The notes beneath the pieces were generated by a model. The model saw only the letters and a program-made list of their open reading frames with translations. It did no database searches and had not been told where the DNA came from. A stretch of 64,000 bases of DNA from positions 78,680,001 through 78,744,000 of the forward strand of contig NC_086108.1 in assembly GCF_963921235.1 (NCBI RefSeq), given 5' to 3'. The position numbers and the translations under genes were made by a program. Source of the DNA: Mobula hypostoma. Taxonomy: Eukaryota. Every line of letters begins with the position of its first letter. Positions within the stretch are counted from its first letter, which is position 1. Positions 48,631-61,631 of this stretch are shown piece after piece.

Positions 48631-49654
48631 TCCTTGCCAGCCATCTTTCTGAAGAGTATTTAGGTATTTTTCTAAAAGCAAAGCAACTACCATAGTCAGA
48701 CACATAAATGCTGTCACATCTCTTTTTGTTGCTATGGTAACAAACAGGCTAATAAATTAAATTACCCATCATATTCCCAAAAACAGGTGCAATGTTTTGT
48801 TCTAGCAAATTTAGAGGACTAAACTGAAATTCAAGCAGAAAGAAGGAAATTAAAAGCTCCCAGGATTCGCCTCTACACCATCTCTGAACTGGAGTTCCAT
48901 TAGTTAGCAGAAGCCTTCTATTTAATCAAGCTCAGAGTGACGGCCTTTTGACAGAATAAAGCCTATGCACACACAGAGCAAAATAGACAATCTGCAAGCA
49001 CGTTCTGAACTTTCTGGCAATTCTTCAGGTTCAAGCAGCTGCTGCTGTTAATACTGTCAACGAGGAGAGTGATGGAACTGGCCAAGGTTTCCAAAAAACC
49101 ATTTGTCTTTTCATTGCCTAGTCAATAATAGCACCTCAGTTTCCAGAGAAAAGGGAACATCACTCAAAACCAATTTTTAGCTAATGTTGACAGAAAATGA
49201 GTGGCCTTGTCAGCCATATTTAAAGGCTGAAAAATTTTTTTAAATTAATTAATATACAAATAGAGTAAATCGGAGTTTAAATAAAACACGACTCAACAAT
49301 CCATTTCATTTCTGCAATAATTCAAGAGGAGCCAAGAGGGTAATTTCCCTGCCTCTTCCAAACATTCTGCCTATTGCAATTTGTAGAGCAATATATAATT
49401 AGGTCATCATACTCCAAATGCTCCTCATATTGTCACCAACCAAGAAAATGCAATTCTATTGGGAATTTATATGTAAATTTGTCAGCACTATTATATTGAT
49501 TTTCATGTAATCAGAGTTGTAATCATTGATATTGCTATTGTTGTAATACACTCACTGCTGTGCTATCAATCACATGACAAGAAATACAGAACATCCCACT
49601 GGGAAACACAACTATCTAACGTGACCAGAGGTTAACAGACCGACAACTATTGGA

Positions 49655-50097
49655 GTTACAGCGTGGAAACAAGTCCTTCCAGCCCCTCGAACCTGTCCCA
49701 CCCATTACACCCATTGTGACCGATTAACCTACTAACCTATCCACCTTTGGAATGTGGGAGTAAACCAGAGCACCTGGAGGAAACACTGCAGTCACAGGGA
49801 GAACAGTCAAACTCCTTACAGGCCACAGAGCACCCAGGGGAAACCCCACGGTCGCAGGGAGAACGGTCAAACTCCTTACAGAAAGCAGAGCATCCGGGGG
49901 AACCACGCGGTCACAGGGAGAATGGTCAAACTCCTTACAGACCGCAGAGCGCCCAGGGGAACCACACGGTCACAGGGAGAATGGTCAAACTCCTTACAGA
50001 CCGCAGAGCGCCCAGGGGAACCACACGGTCGCAGGGAGAATGGTCAAACTCATTACAGACAGCAGCAAGAATTGAACCTGGGTCACTGGCACTGTAG
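49655..50097 (-). mobile_element. HE1-like V-SINE with an internal 59-60-bp unit amplified to 5 tandem copies
   Basis: B-box-like reverse complement GAATTGAACCTGGGTC at ~50070. V-domain TTTGGAATGTGGGAGTAAACCAGAGCACC. Tandem array at 49766-50062. Confidence 0.85.
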
Positions 50098-50769
50098 AGC
50101 ATTAAGTTCTCCTACTGCTTATGAAATGTAATGTGTGGAGATATGATAATTGCAAAGCTTTTAAAGTTTTGGTTGCCTCATATACTTGAATCACTTTAAT
50201 CAAACCCTATGGATAAGAAGAGGACAGGTTGACATTCTTTTTGCCTTCCACTCACTTTACCCTCTCCAAAATAATCAGACTGTGACTTTCAAAACCAACA
50301 GCCTTAATTAAATCTTACTATCATTTTCCTTGTGCGTAAAATTGGCTCTCGTCCCAGGCTACAGTCTCCTGCCCCATGAGCTAAAGAGCAGGGTAACCAG
50401 CTGCTGCTTTGCAATCAGGCCACTGACACAGCCATCATCAGAGTCACAGATAATAGTACCTTACAATACCATAATCTAGCCCTTTGAGAATGTTCTGCAT
50501 TTACTCAGAGACATCCTTGACTCTGGCACAGGGAAGCAACATGCAATCCTGTAATGTCATTCATGGCCACAGACCTGGTACCTGATGCGGTTCTCTGAAA
50601 GAGCAGCTCCCCATCGCCAGACGCCCCACCACCTCCCACCCCCAATCTCAACAGATTCCAAAATGAAATACTTATTCGCGAGTGGAACGGCTAAATCGCC
50701 ATAAAGGTTTAACGCACAGAACGATGTGTTGGTGAGAACGGCCCGCTTCCCCACCCCCCCAGGAGCAGA

Positions 50770-52275
50770 TACTGTGTCTGGCTGCAGCTGATGTGAGGAA
50801 GACCCTAGTCAGGGCCAACCCACCTAAACTGCAGGCCTGACTACATACCTGGTCGGGTGCCGAGGGACTGTGCGGCCCAGTTAACAGAGGTTCTAACAGA
50901 CGTCTTCAACATGTCTCTGAAACAGTCCACTGTCGCCACAGGCTTCAAAGCAGCCAGCAGCCAAGAGGATGACAGTAACCTGCCTTAATGAGCACCATAC
51001 AATGCCACTGACCTCAACAATAATGAAATGTTCCGAGCAGCTGGTTATAGATCACATTAAATCCCATCTCCCTGCTACACTGGAGCCTTTCCAGTATTGC
51101 TCAAATTGATAGTGCCATAGCCCCTGCTCTTCACTCCATCCTGTCCTACCTGGAAAATGGTGACTTATATGCCAGGAGATGCTGTTTACTGACTTTGGCT
51201 CAGTGCTTAATACAATCATCCCTCAGATGCCGGTGAGTGAACTGTCCGTGTAGGTTTCAACACTTCTCTCTGTAATTGGATCCTGAACTTGAAAAAGACT
51301 ACGGTCAGTCCATGTTGGCAGCAACATCTCCAGCTTCATCACCTGCGCACCTGAGGGTCGTGCCCACAGCCCACTGCCGTTCACGCTGCTGATGCAAGAC
51401 TGTACTGCCAGACTCAGTTCCAAATGAATCAAGTTCCTGGATGACACAATACTGGTTGACCTCATCAACAATGATAACGAGACAGCGACAGTGTACAGAG
51501 AGGAGGAAAAGTGGCAGGTAGAATGGTGCCAGCCAATAACTTGAGTCTCAATGTGGTAAGACTAAAAAGATGACTCTGGACTTTAGGAAGATGCAAGCTG
51601 ACAACTCCTCACTGCACACAAATGACTCTTCTATCAAGAGGGGTAGGAGCACCATGTTTCTGGGAGTGCACATAATTGACGATTTCACCTCGTTCATTCT
51701 ACACCACCTCTAGTCAATAAAGCACAGCGGTATCTCCATGCCCTGAGGAGACTGAGGCGAGTAATGCTCCATATTGCCCCCCCATCCATCCTATTCTAAC
51801 CAATTTGTACAGCAGCACCATTTAGGGTATAATGACCAACTGCATCACTGCCTGCTACAGGAACTGCAAGACCCTATAAAGGATTGTGAAGACTGCTGAG
51901 AGGATCATCAGGGCCTCTCTTCCACCCATCCAAGTTACTTACCAGGAGCGCTGCATACACAGTGCCCTTAGCATTCTCAAAGATCCTCAAATCCCTTTCA
52001 CCCCTACTATCAGGCAAGAGGTAACGCAGGAGGTTGGTTAGAATGGGAGACCACCACCCAGGTCTTACTATGCATGAAGCGCCATTAGTGTTTCCTGACT
52101 AAACTTGTAATGTAAATGCACCTTATTTTTATTAATTTATTTATGGTAATATTATTTAATGCTATTATGTGTGTTATTTAATGCATTGTGAGTTATACTG
52201 TATGTACTGTTGTGCACCTTGGTCTGGAGGAACATGTATACAAGTACACGGTTGAAATAATAATAGACTTGAACT
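50770..52275 (+). mobile_element. Long decayed Rex1-like LINE (RT to 3' UTR)
   Basis: CLNE...LTSTIMKC.E.LV, LEPFQY, MLFTDFGSVLNTIIP, KFLDDT..V.LI.NDNE and PLLSGKR. Confidence 0.85.
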
Positions 52276-52277
52276 TA

Positions 52278-52710
52278 ACCATAAGAAACTGGAGCAGAAA
52301 TAGGCCATTCAGTCCATCAAGTCTGTCCCACTACTCCATCATGGCTGATTTATTATCTTGCTCAACCCCATTCTCCTGCCTTCTCCCTGCACCCTTACTA
52401 ATCAAGAGCCTATCAACCTCCACTTTAAATATACTTGGCCTCCACAGCCACCTGTGGTAATCAATTCCATAGATTCAGCACCACAGGTGAAAGAAATTCT
52501 TCCCATCTCTGTTCTTCTATTCTGAGGCTAGCCCTCTGGTCCCAGACTCCGCCACTATAGGAAACATCCTCTCCACATCCACTTAATCTAGGCCTTTCAA
52601 TATTTGACAGGGGGAATGAGATTTCACCCCCCCCCATTCTTCTAAAATCCAACGAGTACAGACTCAGAGCTGTCAAACACCCCTCAAATGTTAGCGCTTA
52701 CATTCCCAGG
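52278..52710 (-). mobile_element. CR1 3' fragment
   Basis: Tail ACCATAAGAAACTGGAGCAGAAATAGGCCATTC; LYSLDFRRM.G in translation. Confidence 0.82.
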
Positions 52711-52789
52711 GTCAAAGGGAAATCCTGCACTCTCCACATCTTCTGCCTTTCTATTGCCCCACATACTGACGCAATTCTGAAGAAGGCAC

Positions 52790-53332
52790 AAGAGTCCCTA
52801 CTTTGCACTGGGAGTTCGAAAAGATTGGTATGTCACCAAAGACATTACAAATTTCTACAGGTGTACCACGGAGCTGCATCAGTATCTGGAATGGAGCCTC
52901 CACTGCACAGGATTAGAATAAGCTTCGGGGGTTGTAAGCTCAGCCAACTCCATCATGAGCACCAACCTCACCACCTTTGAGGACATCTCCAAAAGTCGAT
53001 GCCTCAAGGAGGCAGCATTGATCATTAAGTACCCTAAACTTCTATACACACCTTCTTCTCATTTGCATCATCAGTGAGGAGGTACAGGAGCCTGAAGACA
53101 CACACTCAATGATTTTGGAATAGTTTCTTCCCTTCCATCATCAGAGTTCCGAATGGTCTATTAACCATAAACACTACCACACTATTTTGCTCTCTTAGTG
53201 CATGACTTAGTTAAAAATTTTATAAATACTTCTCATTGTAATTTATAGTATATTTTATGTATTGCATAGTACTGCTGCCACAAAACAACAAATTTCATGA
53301 TATGTATGTGATAATAAACCTGACTCTGATTA
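52790..53332 (+). mobile_element. Rex1-like LINE 3' fragment
   Basis: FGMSPKTLQ.FYRCT and RRYRSLKTHTQ.F.NSFFPS.I motifs. GATAATAAACCTGACTCTGA tail. Confidence 0.82.
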
Positions 53333-53819
53333 TTTCCTGGTGGTCACCAAACGACTTGCTGCTAACAGCTCGGGTGTGACCACCTCACTAACGCTCCTGC
53401 CTATGAGGCTCTCCAGACCACAGATGCTCCTGAGTGAGTGCAACTTCCACACCCGTCACTCAGTGCAGTCAGTCAAGACTAGTTTCCATGACCAGCCATG
53501 TTCTGTAAACACCCTGACTGCCACTTTATAAACCACAGAGACTACAAAGCAAAGTAGGAGATCTTAGCCTGTCTTATCTCTACACTGCCTAGCCCCCTTG
53601 TCGAAGTCTTTCAAACCAAAGCTCCAGCACTGAATTAAACCTCAAACACAGCCCTTTGATCTCAAGAACAACTAGACTCACAATGCCCACTCTGCTAAAG
53701 CAAGGTGTTGCACACACCATGCAGAGATTTCAATGCCAAACTGAATTCCAGGCCACTAACAATTCAGCACTGTTGGGATTGTCTGCGACAGTCCTGACAA
53801 TCCAGGTTTCCGAGCTTCA

Positions 53820-53920
53820 CTCAGTCTTGATGAACGGTCTCGGCTTGAAACATTGACTGTACTCTTTTCCACAGATGCTGCCTGGCCTGCTGAGTTCCTC
53901 CAGCATTTTGTGTGTGTTGT
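53820..53920 (+). mobile_element. Penelope-like 3' end with a decayed hammerhead
   Basis: CAGTCTTGATGAACGGTCTCGGCTTGAAACATTGACTG...GATGCTGCCTGGCCTGCTGAGTTCCTCCAGC. Confidence 0.75.
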
Positions 53921-54345
53921 CCCCAAGCTTCATGTTGTGAATTGGAGATTGTCTGTGTGTCGTTTTGTTTAGAGGGTAGTAGGTGCAAAACTTATTTTCC
54001 AACATGGGGTGTAGGATAACCTCATGACCCTGTGGCAGGGAGACAAGGACAAATAGAGATGACCAAGCTCTGTTACATGGGTGTTAATACTTTCATACAG
54101 GTGGACACGTACTGTAAGTAGTAGTCTCCTGGCAGATGCACATTCATGCACAACAGTAAAGATAATGTGACCTTTGTCCGCACTGTCCATCTGCCAATAG
54201 GTAGCACATGGAACCAATATGGCAGAGTTAGCAAAGGAAAAAGGTGTCCCAGTAGGATAATGTTTTAACTCAGGTTTCTCAGCTTTCTACATAGCATAAT
54301 ACACATTCTACTGTAAATGTAGAGAAGGCAAAATTTGGGAACAGT

Positions 54346-54508
54346 CGCAAACAAGAGAAAATCTGCAGAGGCTAGAAATCCAAGCAACACACACAAAAGG
54401 CTGGAGGAACTCGGCAGGCCAAGCAGCATCTATGGAAAAGAGTACAGTCGATGTTTCGGCCCAAAACCCTTCAGCAGGACTGGAGAAAAAAGCCGAGGAG
54501 TAGATTGA
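54346..54508 (-). mobile_element. Penelope-like 3' end with a variant hammerhead (CTGCTGA core)
   Basis: Minus strand reads CAGTC CTGCTGA AGGGTTTTGGGCC GAAACATC GACTG. Possible 7-bp TSD GAACAGT. Confidence 0.75.
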
Positions 54509-55044
54509 GAACAGTTTTTCAAATTTTTAATCAGAAAGAGGAACAGCACATCTGATGACATCAGCGTGTGAAATCCAAAGGAAATAGCACCACTGGGGGA
54601 GTGAATTGCTCAATCTAATTACCCAGTTGTCAGTGTCAGGCACACTTCAAACTGTAGAAATATATTTAGTGATGTATTCACGAAAAATGTGCAAATGGAT
54701 TTTTTTTTAAACCAGTCCCTACAGTGCATGAAGAGGCTGTTGCTCAAGTTGATGTTCCTGGCAGAGAAATCACACAATCTCATTCCCCTATTCTCTCTCC
54801 AAAAAACTGCAAAATATTCTTTCTCAGTTCATAACGTGCTTAAAATGATATCTAATGAAACTGGGCAAACCTATTCAATCCTTCCATTTTTTTCTTACAT
54901 CAACAATAATATGGTTCCCTACAAAGAACAGCAAATAGACTTGTAGAGAACTGAGATCAATTCTTTATGTCACTGCGAGATTTTCTTCTCCATTACCTTC
55001 AGCTTGCCGATTCACCGCTGTTGGTTTCCACCTTAAGGATTAGC

Positions 55045-55318
55045 TTCATTTGTCACGAACATCAAAGCACAGTGAAAAGTGCCATTTGCGTCAAATCAGA
55101 TCAGCGAGGAACGTGACGACCCACAAGTGTTGCCACGCTTCCAGTGCCAACAGAGCATGCTTACCACCTAATCGTACGTCTGGAACATGGGAGGAAATGT
55201 GTGCACCCAGAGGAAACCCATGCGCTTACGGAGAGGACATACAAACTCCTTACAGACTACAATGGGTATTGAACCCCAATCGGTGATTGCTGGTGCCATA
55301 ATAGCATTACACTACCCT
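55045..55318 (-). mobile_element. V-SINE, degraded
   Basis: GGGAGGAAA...GCACCCAGAGGAAACCCA...ACAAACTCCTTACAGAC...GGTATTGAACCC. Confidence 0.7.
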
Positions 55319-56728
55319 GTCAAGGATGTCTATGGTTTTAAAAGAGTTATCATTTTGCATTTCAATTACTTTAGAAACTTTTCAGATATTCATTAAGCAC
55401 TTCTCAGAGGATGTCACCTCACAACAAAGAAATTATAAAATCAGCAGATCAACATATCAGCAAAACAAAGGAAAATAAAAGCAAGAAAAACATGATCAGT
55501 TCATTTTGAAATATCCCAGTTGTAAAACACATTTATTCATAGGCTATCATTCACAAAAGCAAATAATGGATGTTCTTATGGCCATTTAAGGAATGCAGAC
55601 TTGAAGCAACTTATGAAAAAGTTAAACTTATAAACTAGTTTCTATTATATTCACTGAAAGCCAGGCTTTACAAAAATATTTAAAAATTGTACAAAAATCA
55701 TTGGGCAAGAAATTCTTAGTTACTTTTCTGCATGCCAATACTTCTAAACATATCTAGAATTTATGAATTTTATACTTGCAAGTACCTTTAAAAATGTGGA
55801 ATAGTCTTCAAAAGCCAGAGTGTTAGGCAGAATAATTTACGTGAAGTAGCATAAATGGCTTGCATAAGTACATTAGCATGCAGATGGCCACCAATGAAAA
55901 CTACAATTATGCCAGACAAACTTCATTATGTCATGGGGTCTATTATCAGCCTGGTCATGCACATGAATGGTTTCCAGCTAACAGTCATGTAGAGACTGTG
56001 CTTTAAATACCTTACAACTACAACTCAGTGGCTTAGCATCCATCTACAAAGGCCAGTTTTAGATTTTATTCAGGTGGGACAGCAGCAGTTAAAAACTGAA
56101 GACAGACTCCTAGTGAGAGCTAACCGTGAAATAAGCAACAATGAACCATACAGATGTCTCACTGAAATAATTAAATCTTGAGCTGGTGTGGGATTTGGGA
56201 GGAAATTTCCACCATTGCTGGTGGGACTAGGAAGAACCCCATTCCACTTATCTACCCTCCCAATAAGCTTGTCACTATTTCTGAATGCCCATCCTGATGG
56301 GCCTCAACAGCAGTCCAGCTCCTTGGGTTTTGCTGCCCAGCACCCAGGTAAGATTCTCTATGTGGTAGAATAGATGCAGATTGGGGTGAGTTGGCGTACC
56401 AAGGAGCTGCATCATTATTAAAAAATCCAACAGGGAATTCAGGAGAGCGATCATAACACAGAGCTTGATACCACTAGGAGCACGGGAGTGATTGGCATGG
56501 ATTTATTAAAGGGTACGTACACTAGATAAGCAAATAATGAAGAAAGAAGTATAAGGCTATGCTGATAGGGTTAGATGAAGAGCAACAGAAACCCGGGGCC
56601 TAAATATAAAAATGAACTTTCTGATCCAATAGCCTGTTTCTGTGCTGTAAATTCATTGTAAGACTCTAGAAGCTTCCAACTTGCTCAAAGCTCAACAGCC
56701 CCACCCAGTCCTACAATGAATCCACTGC

Positions 56729-56850
56729 AACACACACATATTGCTGGATCTCAGCAGGTCAGTCAGCATCTATGGAAACGAGTAAACAGCCGACATTTTA
56801 GGCCGAGACCCTTCATTAGGATCTCCAGCATCTGCAGATTTTCTCGTGTT
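56729..56850. mobile_element. Short inverted Penelope-like insertion
   Basis: Tail-less arm joined to an opposed tail. Diverged 14-bp TSD AATGAA(T/C)CCA(C/T)TGC at 56715-56728 and 56851-56864. Confidence 0.72.
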
Positions 56851-56867
56851 AATGAACCCATTGCTAT

Positions 56868-57150
56868 GGTTCCAACGGTGGGGGAGTCTAGGACCAGACA
56901 GCACTGCCTCGGAGTAGAAAGGTGGCTCTTCAGAACAGAGATGAGAAGGAATTTCTTTATCAAAGGGTGGGGAATCTGTGGAAATCATTGCCACAGATGG
57001 CTGTGGAGGCCAAGTCACTGGGTATATTTAAAGTGGAGGTTGATAGGTTCTTGGTTGATAAGGGTGTCAAAGCTTACAGGGAGAAGGTAGGAGAATGGCG
57101 TTAAGAGGGATAATAAATCAGCCATGATTGAATGGAGAAGCAGACTCAGA
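56868..57150 (+). mobile_element. CR1 3' fragment
   Basis: VGESRTR.H.L...FRTEMRRNFF..RV.NLW.SLPQ.AVEA. Confidence 0.85.
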
Positions 57151-57244
57151 GCATAATAAGACCATACAGTGTTGTGGACTTCACATTGTTATACCATCAC
57201 TGTCACCCTACACAAGGAATCCTTGCCTCTGCCCTCAAATTCTT

Positions 57245-57595
57245 CTCAGAATCAGTTTTATTATCACTGATATTTGCCATGAAATTTGTTGTGTTATGGT
57301 AGCAGTACAATGCAATACATTAAAAACACTATAAGCTACAGTAAGAATACTTTTAAAAAACGTACAAAAACAAAGTAGTGAAGTAGTGTTCATGGGTTGA
57401 TGGACCATTCAGAAATCTGATGGCAGAGGGGAAGAAGCTGTTTCTAAAGCTCTGAGTGAGCTTCTTCAGACTCCTGTACCTCCTCATTGATGGCAGTAAC
57501 GAGAAGAGGGTATGTCTTGGACGCTGAGGGTCCTTTACGATGGATGCCACCTTCTAGAGACATCGCGTTTTAAAGACGTACTTGATGGTGGAGAC
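57245..57595 (-). mobile_element. Rex1-like LINE 3' fragment
   Basis: ORF 57353-57550 ASIVKDP...HTLFSLLPSMRRYRSL...FRNSFFPSAIRFLN. Confidence 0.85.
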
Positions 57596-58944
57596 CTTGA
57601 TTCAAATGTAATTTGCTCTCCTTTGACAAAAGTGAGGTGTTTTAGTCCCATTCTGGCTTAGTGGCTTTTCCTAAAGCAAATAATTATTTTTTAATAACAC
57701 CAATAGGAGACTTACTTCTGAGCAATATTATTCAGTTTTATCAATTACGTGGTGGTGAGGGTATTATTTCAGCAGCACTGAGAATGGCTATGCTTGTAGA
57801 TATCTTGTGGCTCCTCTATAAATTGAGATGGTTCAGTGAGTCAGTGGCATCAAGGACTGTTAACACATCTCTGAGTGACAAGAGGTGGATTCTGCCCAAG
57901 TCAGACATTCATTTCAAAAACACAATTTGAAGCTTTTCTAAGACAGAATTTGTGCTGTGATCAAAGCAGCAGCTCAAATTTATTTCTGCATCCACTGTGA
58001 GCAATGCATTAATGGCAGCCATTCCTTTTATCTTATTTTATTTATTTTCATGCCTTCTCCATGAAAAATGCCTCGGGTTTTCAGCTTTCAAGTCTCCATG
58101 AAAAGCTTAGGCTGAACTTTCCCTGCCTCTGCATTAGGAACATGATACTTTGGGCAAGGATGCTTGGGAGGTAGAATGGGACCTTGAAACCCAAAGTTGA
58201 CTTTTGCATAAGCTTGTAGCAAACTTGTATACACACAATACCCTCTTCTCAAGGTGTCCCTTAAGACTGAGGATGACCTACTTCTACTATATTTCTGTGG
58301 TTCTGAGATGGCTGACAAGATCAATGGGGGGGGGGGAACTCATGTCTTCCTCAGGCAATGCCTTATGGGATGGGTAAGTGGGTAACTAGGGAGGTTGGGC
58401 TCGTTTTCCGTGATTTATACTGAGCTTTTGGGTGCTTCTAATACATAAACTCAAGGTTGTCAGTGTCACTCTGAATGCTCCTTACTCCAGTTTGACTGGA
58501 CACGGACCAATAATGAGGTCTGCCCTGCAGAAGTAACTGCGATTAGGTTCTCAGTGCTGGGGAGATTGGCTTAGACTGCTCTTGGTTTGCCTTTCATTCG
58601 AGTGGATTTTGCAGACACAACTCTAGTGGTGCCTAAAAACTCCAGTATCTAAGTCTGAAAAGCAGATAACATTGGCAGGAATCACACTTGCCTGGTGGAA
58701 CATGAGGACTTTTGTGCCAGGTTTGAGGATTTAATTTTCCTCAGTCAATCTAATGCATTACTGGCACATTGAAAGCAATGGTAAATTTCATCCTCTGTTT
58801 ACACAGTCGGTAAATACAAGGAAATAAGAAAAAATAATTATATAAAGGATTTATAGTCATGTTATACCTAGCCAAATTGGGCCTTGCTGCTTCCCTGATG
58901 TCCAATAATGATAATGGTGTTAAAAGAAGATAAATTGAAAGCAA

Positions 58945-59440
58945 ATTCAAATTAAAAATAAATTTACTTTATGTTATCACATACAACCCTGAGGGTCATT
59001 TTCTTCTGGGCATACACAATAAACCCTAGAAGCACAACAGAATCAATGAAAGACCACACTCAACAGGATGGACAAACAATCAACATGCAAAGGTCAAAAA
59101 TTGCAAATACGAAAGAAAACAATAGTAATAATAAAGAAGCAATAAATATCAAGAAACATGAGATGAAGCCTACTTGAAAGTGAGTCCATAGGTTGTGGAA
59201 TCAGTTCAATGATAGGGCAAGTGAGGTTGAGTGAGGTTATCCCCTCTGGTTCAAGAGCCTGATGGTTTAGGGGTAATAACTGCTCCTGAACCTGGTGGTT
59301 GGGTCCTATGGCTCCTGTACTTTCTTCCTGTTGGCAGCAGCGAGAAGAAAGCAAGGTGGATGCTGGTTTCCTGGAACAGCACTTCATGTACACGTGCTCA
59401 ATGGTTGGGAGAGCTTTACCGGTGGTGGACTGTGCCATGA
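58945..59440 (-). mobile_element. Rex1-like LINE 3' fragment
   Basis: Collinear with 47078-47630 (TGKALPTIEH.Y..C.RK). Confidence 0.82.
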
Positions 59441-60339
59441 TAGTTTACAAAGTCAATTTCCTAAAAGCAGGAGCAGATGCTTACGATCAATAATGTGGAA
59501 TATTGGAAGGAAAGCTATCTCCTAAAATATTCAGCTTGTTCTAAGACCATGAATTTCTGTTTACTTCCCAATCTAACCCATTCCACAACTCAAAGAACAT
59601 AGAGCAGTACACACAGTGTAGACCATGTTTTCCCATCCTTTTAAGCTACTCCGAGATCAATCCAACCCTTCCCTCCCACAAAGACCTCTATTTTTCTATT
59701 AGGGCTCAGAGGTGGGGAAAGAGACAATGGTATACAATGGAGGAATGCAAGGAGGGAACCAGAGGAGAGGAAGAGAATGGAGAAAAGGAGAGAAGAGCAT
59801 GGGGTAAACCCTCAACTATGTACAAATCAAACTTTTTTTCCCGGATGGAACCGATTTTTATCAGGCTTGGTAAACTGCACTCATCTAGGCAAGGTGAAGC
59901 TATTCCATGTCACTGAAGTTTCTCATAGCTAGTGGAAAACCTTTGGTGTTTCCAGAGATGAGTCAGTCACTATGGGATACTCAGCCTTTAACTGGTCTTA
60001 AAGTTACAAGTCAGTTAAGTCTCCAGTCAGTGGTTGTTCTCTCCTGTTAGTGATTGCAATATTACTGAATTTACAGGTAGGAACATTTCAGACACAAATT
60101 CTACTTGCTACTTATCATCTAATCCTGAATATTATCTGGGTAGATCACTTGACCGGGATGCCTTGACGTTGAGCATTATTCAATCATCAGAGAATAGTCC
60201 CACTTCTGATCTGAGAATGTAAGGTCATTTATAAAGTAGCCTGAGTATTTTCTATTTTCAGTTCTATCGGAAGATAACTACGAACTTCAATAGATGTAAT
60301 GATACGTTGTGAAGGAAATGAAGAAGAAGGATAGGTTTA

Positions 60340-60702
60340 ATGTTATATGGAACCTTTTACAACTGTAGAGCATTACAATGTATTTTAAACCATTTGAAGA
60401 ACTTTCAAGTGCAGCTTCTGAAGTAAAGCAAACTGCACAGCAAAATCCCATAGCACTGAAGGAAACAAGATAATCTGTTTAAAGATTAAATATTAAGTGC
60501 CAGGTGGAATTTCGCAACAAAGAGTGCCGTGGGGCATTTTACTTCTAATTGAAGGGTCTTTGGTTGAAAACATCTAAGAGGCTGTACATGTGAAGCATTC
60601 TTACAATGTCAGTCTGGGTCATCAACTCTAAGTTTTGAAGAGGGACATGAATCCATGACTTCCCAACTTACATGAGAAGTACTATCAAGGAGTCAAGGCT
60701 GA
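60340..60702 (-). mobile_element. Ancient Deu-domain SINE with a tRNA-like head, degraded
   Basis: GCACAGCAAAATCCCA, AGATAATCTGTTT, AGTGCCGTGGGGCATTTTAC, GGTTGAAAACATC and GGGACATGAATCCATGAC are reverse-complement Deu/tRNA remnants in the expected order. Confidence 0.55.
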
Positions 60703-61631
60703 AAATTTGTTTAAGTAAGAACTAATATGGAGCAAGGTATCTAAATACAGAGGGAGAGTGTATGGGCAGAACTACAGTACAGCAAGGAGAGGTATGGTAG
60801 CTGGACACGTCAAAATGGTTGAAGAACAGATGCTGGATTGCAGTTTAAAAAATGTCAAGAAAGGTTTAGCAAACATATGTGACTTTAAAGTTAATAAGTT
60901 ACTGGAAAAAACAATTATGCATAGAGTCAAATGTTTCCAAAAGGCAACTGATAGCTCTTTGGAATCAGATGGGGCTTTGATGAGAAAGGAAATGAGATCA
61001 GCATGGAATATGGAGATGAAATGGAGTTGATCAGGAAGAGATTAGCTTTTCCTTCAGATCTAAAAATTATTTTTTGACAGCGGGATAACTGATAATAAAT
61101 ATTATGTTGAATCTGAAGATGTTGCTGATCATGCCATATCAGGAATACTATTAATTTCAGGTCACTTCTCTAAAGGACATTTAGGGTTCAGAGAGGGCAG
61201 AAGTTATTCCAACTACCAAGACTCTTAAAGAAAATGAGAAAATTTTATAAATACTCAATGGAATCGTAACTATCTCCACAGAAAGAAATATAATTAACAG
61301 TGACTTTTAATTAGAAATGTTCTGATGATATGTCGTTGTGCCAAAGTGTTGATTCTAGTTGAGAATGTATGGTCTCTTGAGGCTTCTCCACACTTTAACG
61401 AGGTCACGTATTAACATTTCCCTTGTTTTCAGAAGTCTCTCCACTCACCCTTGAATACATTGTGAGACTACAAAGAATCAATGTCAATCTTTCCACAGAA
61501 TTAGCGTCTTCACAGAATCAGAAAAGACTCTTCACAGATTGTTCAAAAAGCTCTTCACAAAATCAGAAAAAAATCAGCGTCTATTGCTTCATAGAATATG
61601 GCCTAACTGCATAAATACTTGTTAGTATTTC

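Noticed and set aside
49766..50062. CRISPR-like array
   Set aside because: The units are contiguous with no unique spacers, derive from a V-SINE core, and the context is vertebrate with no cas genes.
58280..58510. Possible RTE-type LINE 3' remnant
   Set aside because: The resemblance is too weak to support without a database search.
61488..61572. Short imperfect repeats of TCTTCACAGAATCAGAAAA
   Set aside because: Three or four degenerate copies consistent with local slippage. No further structure.
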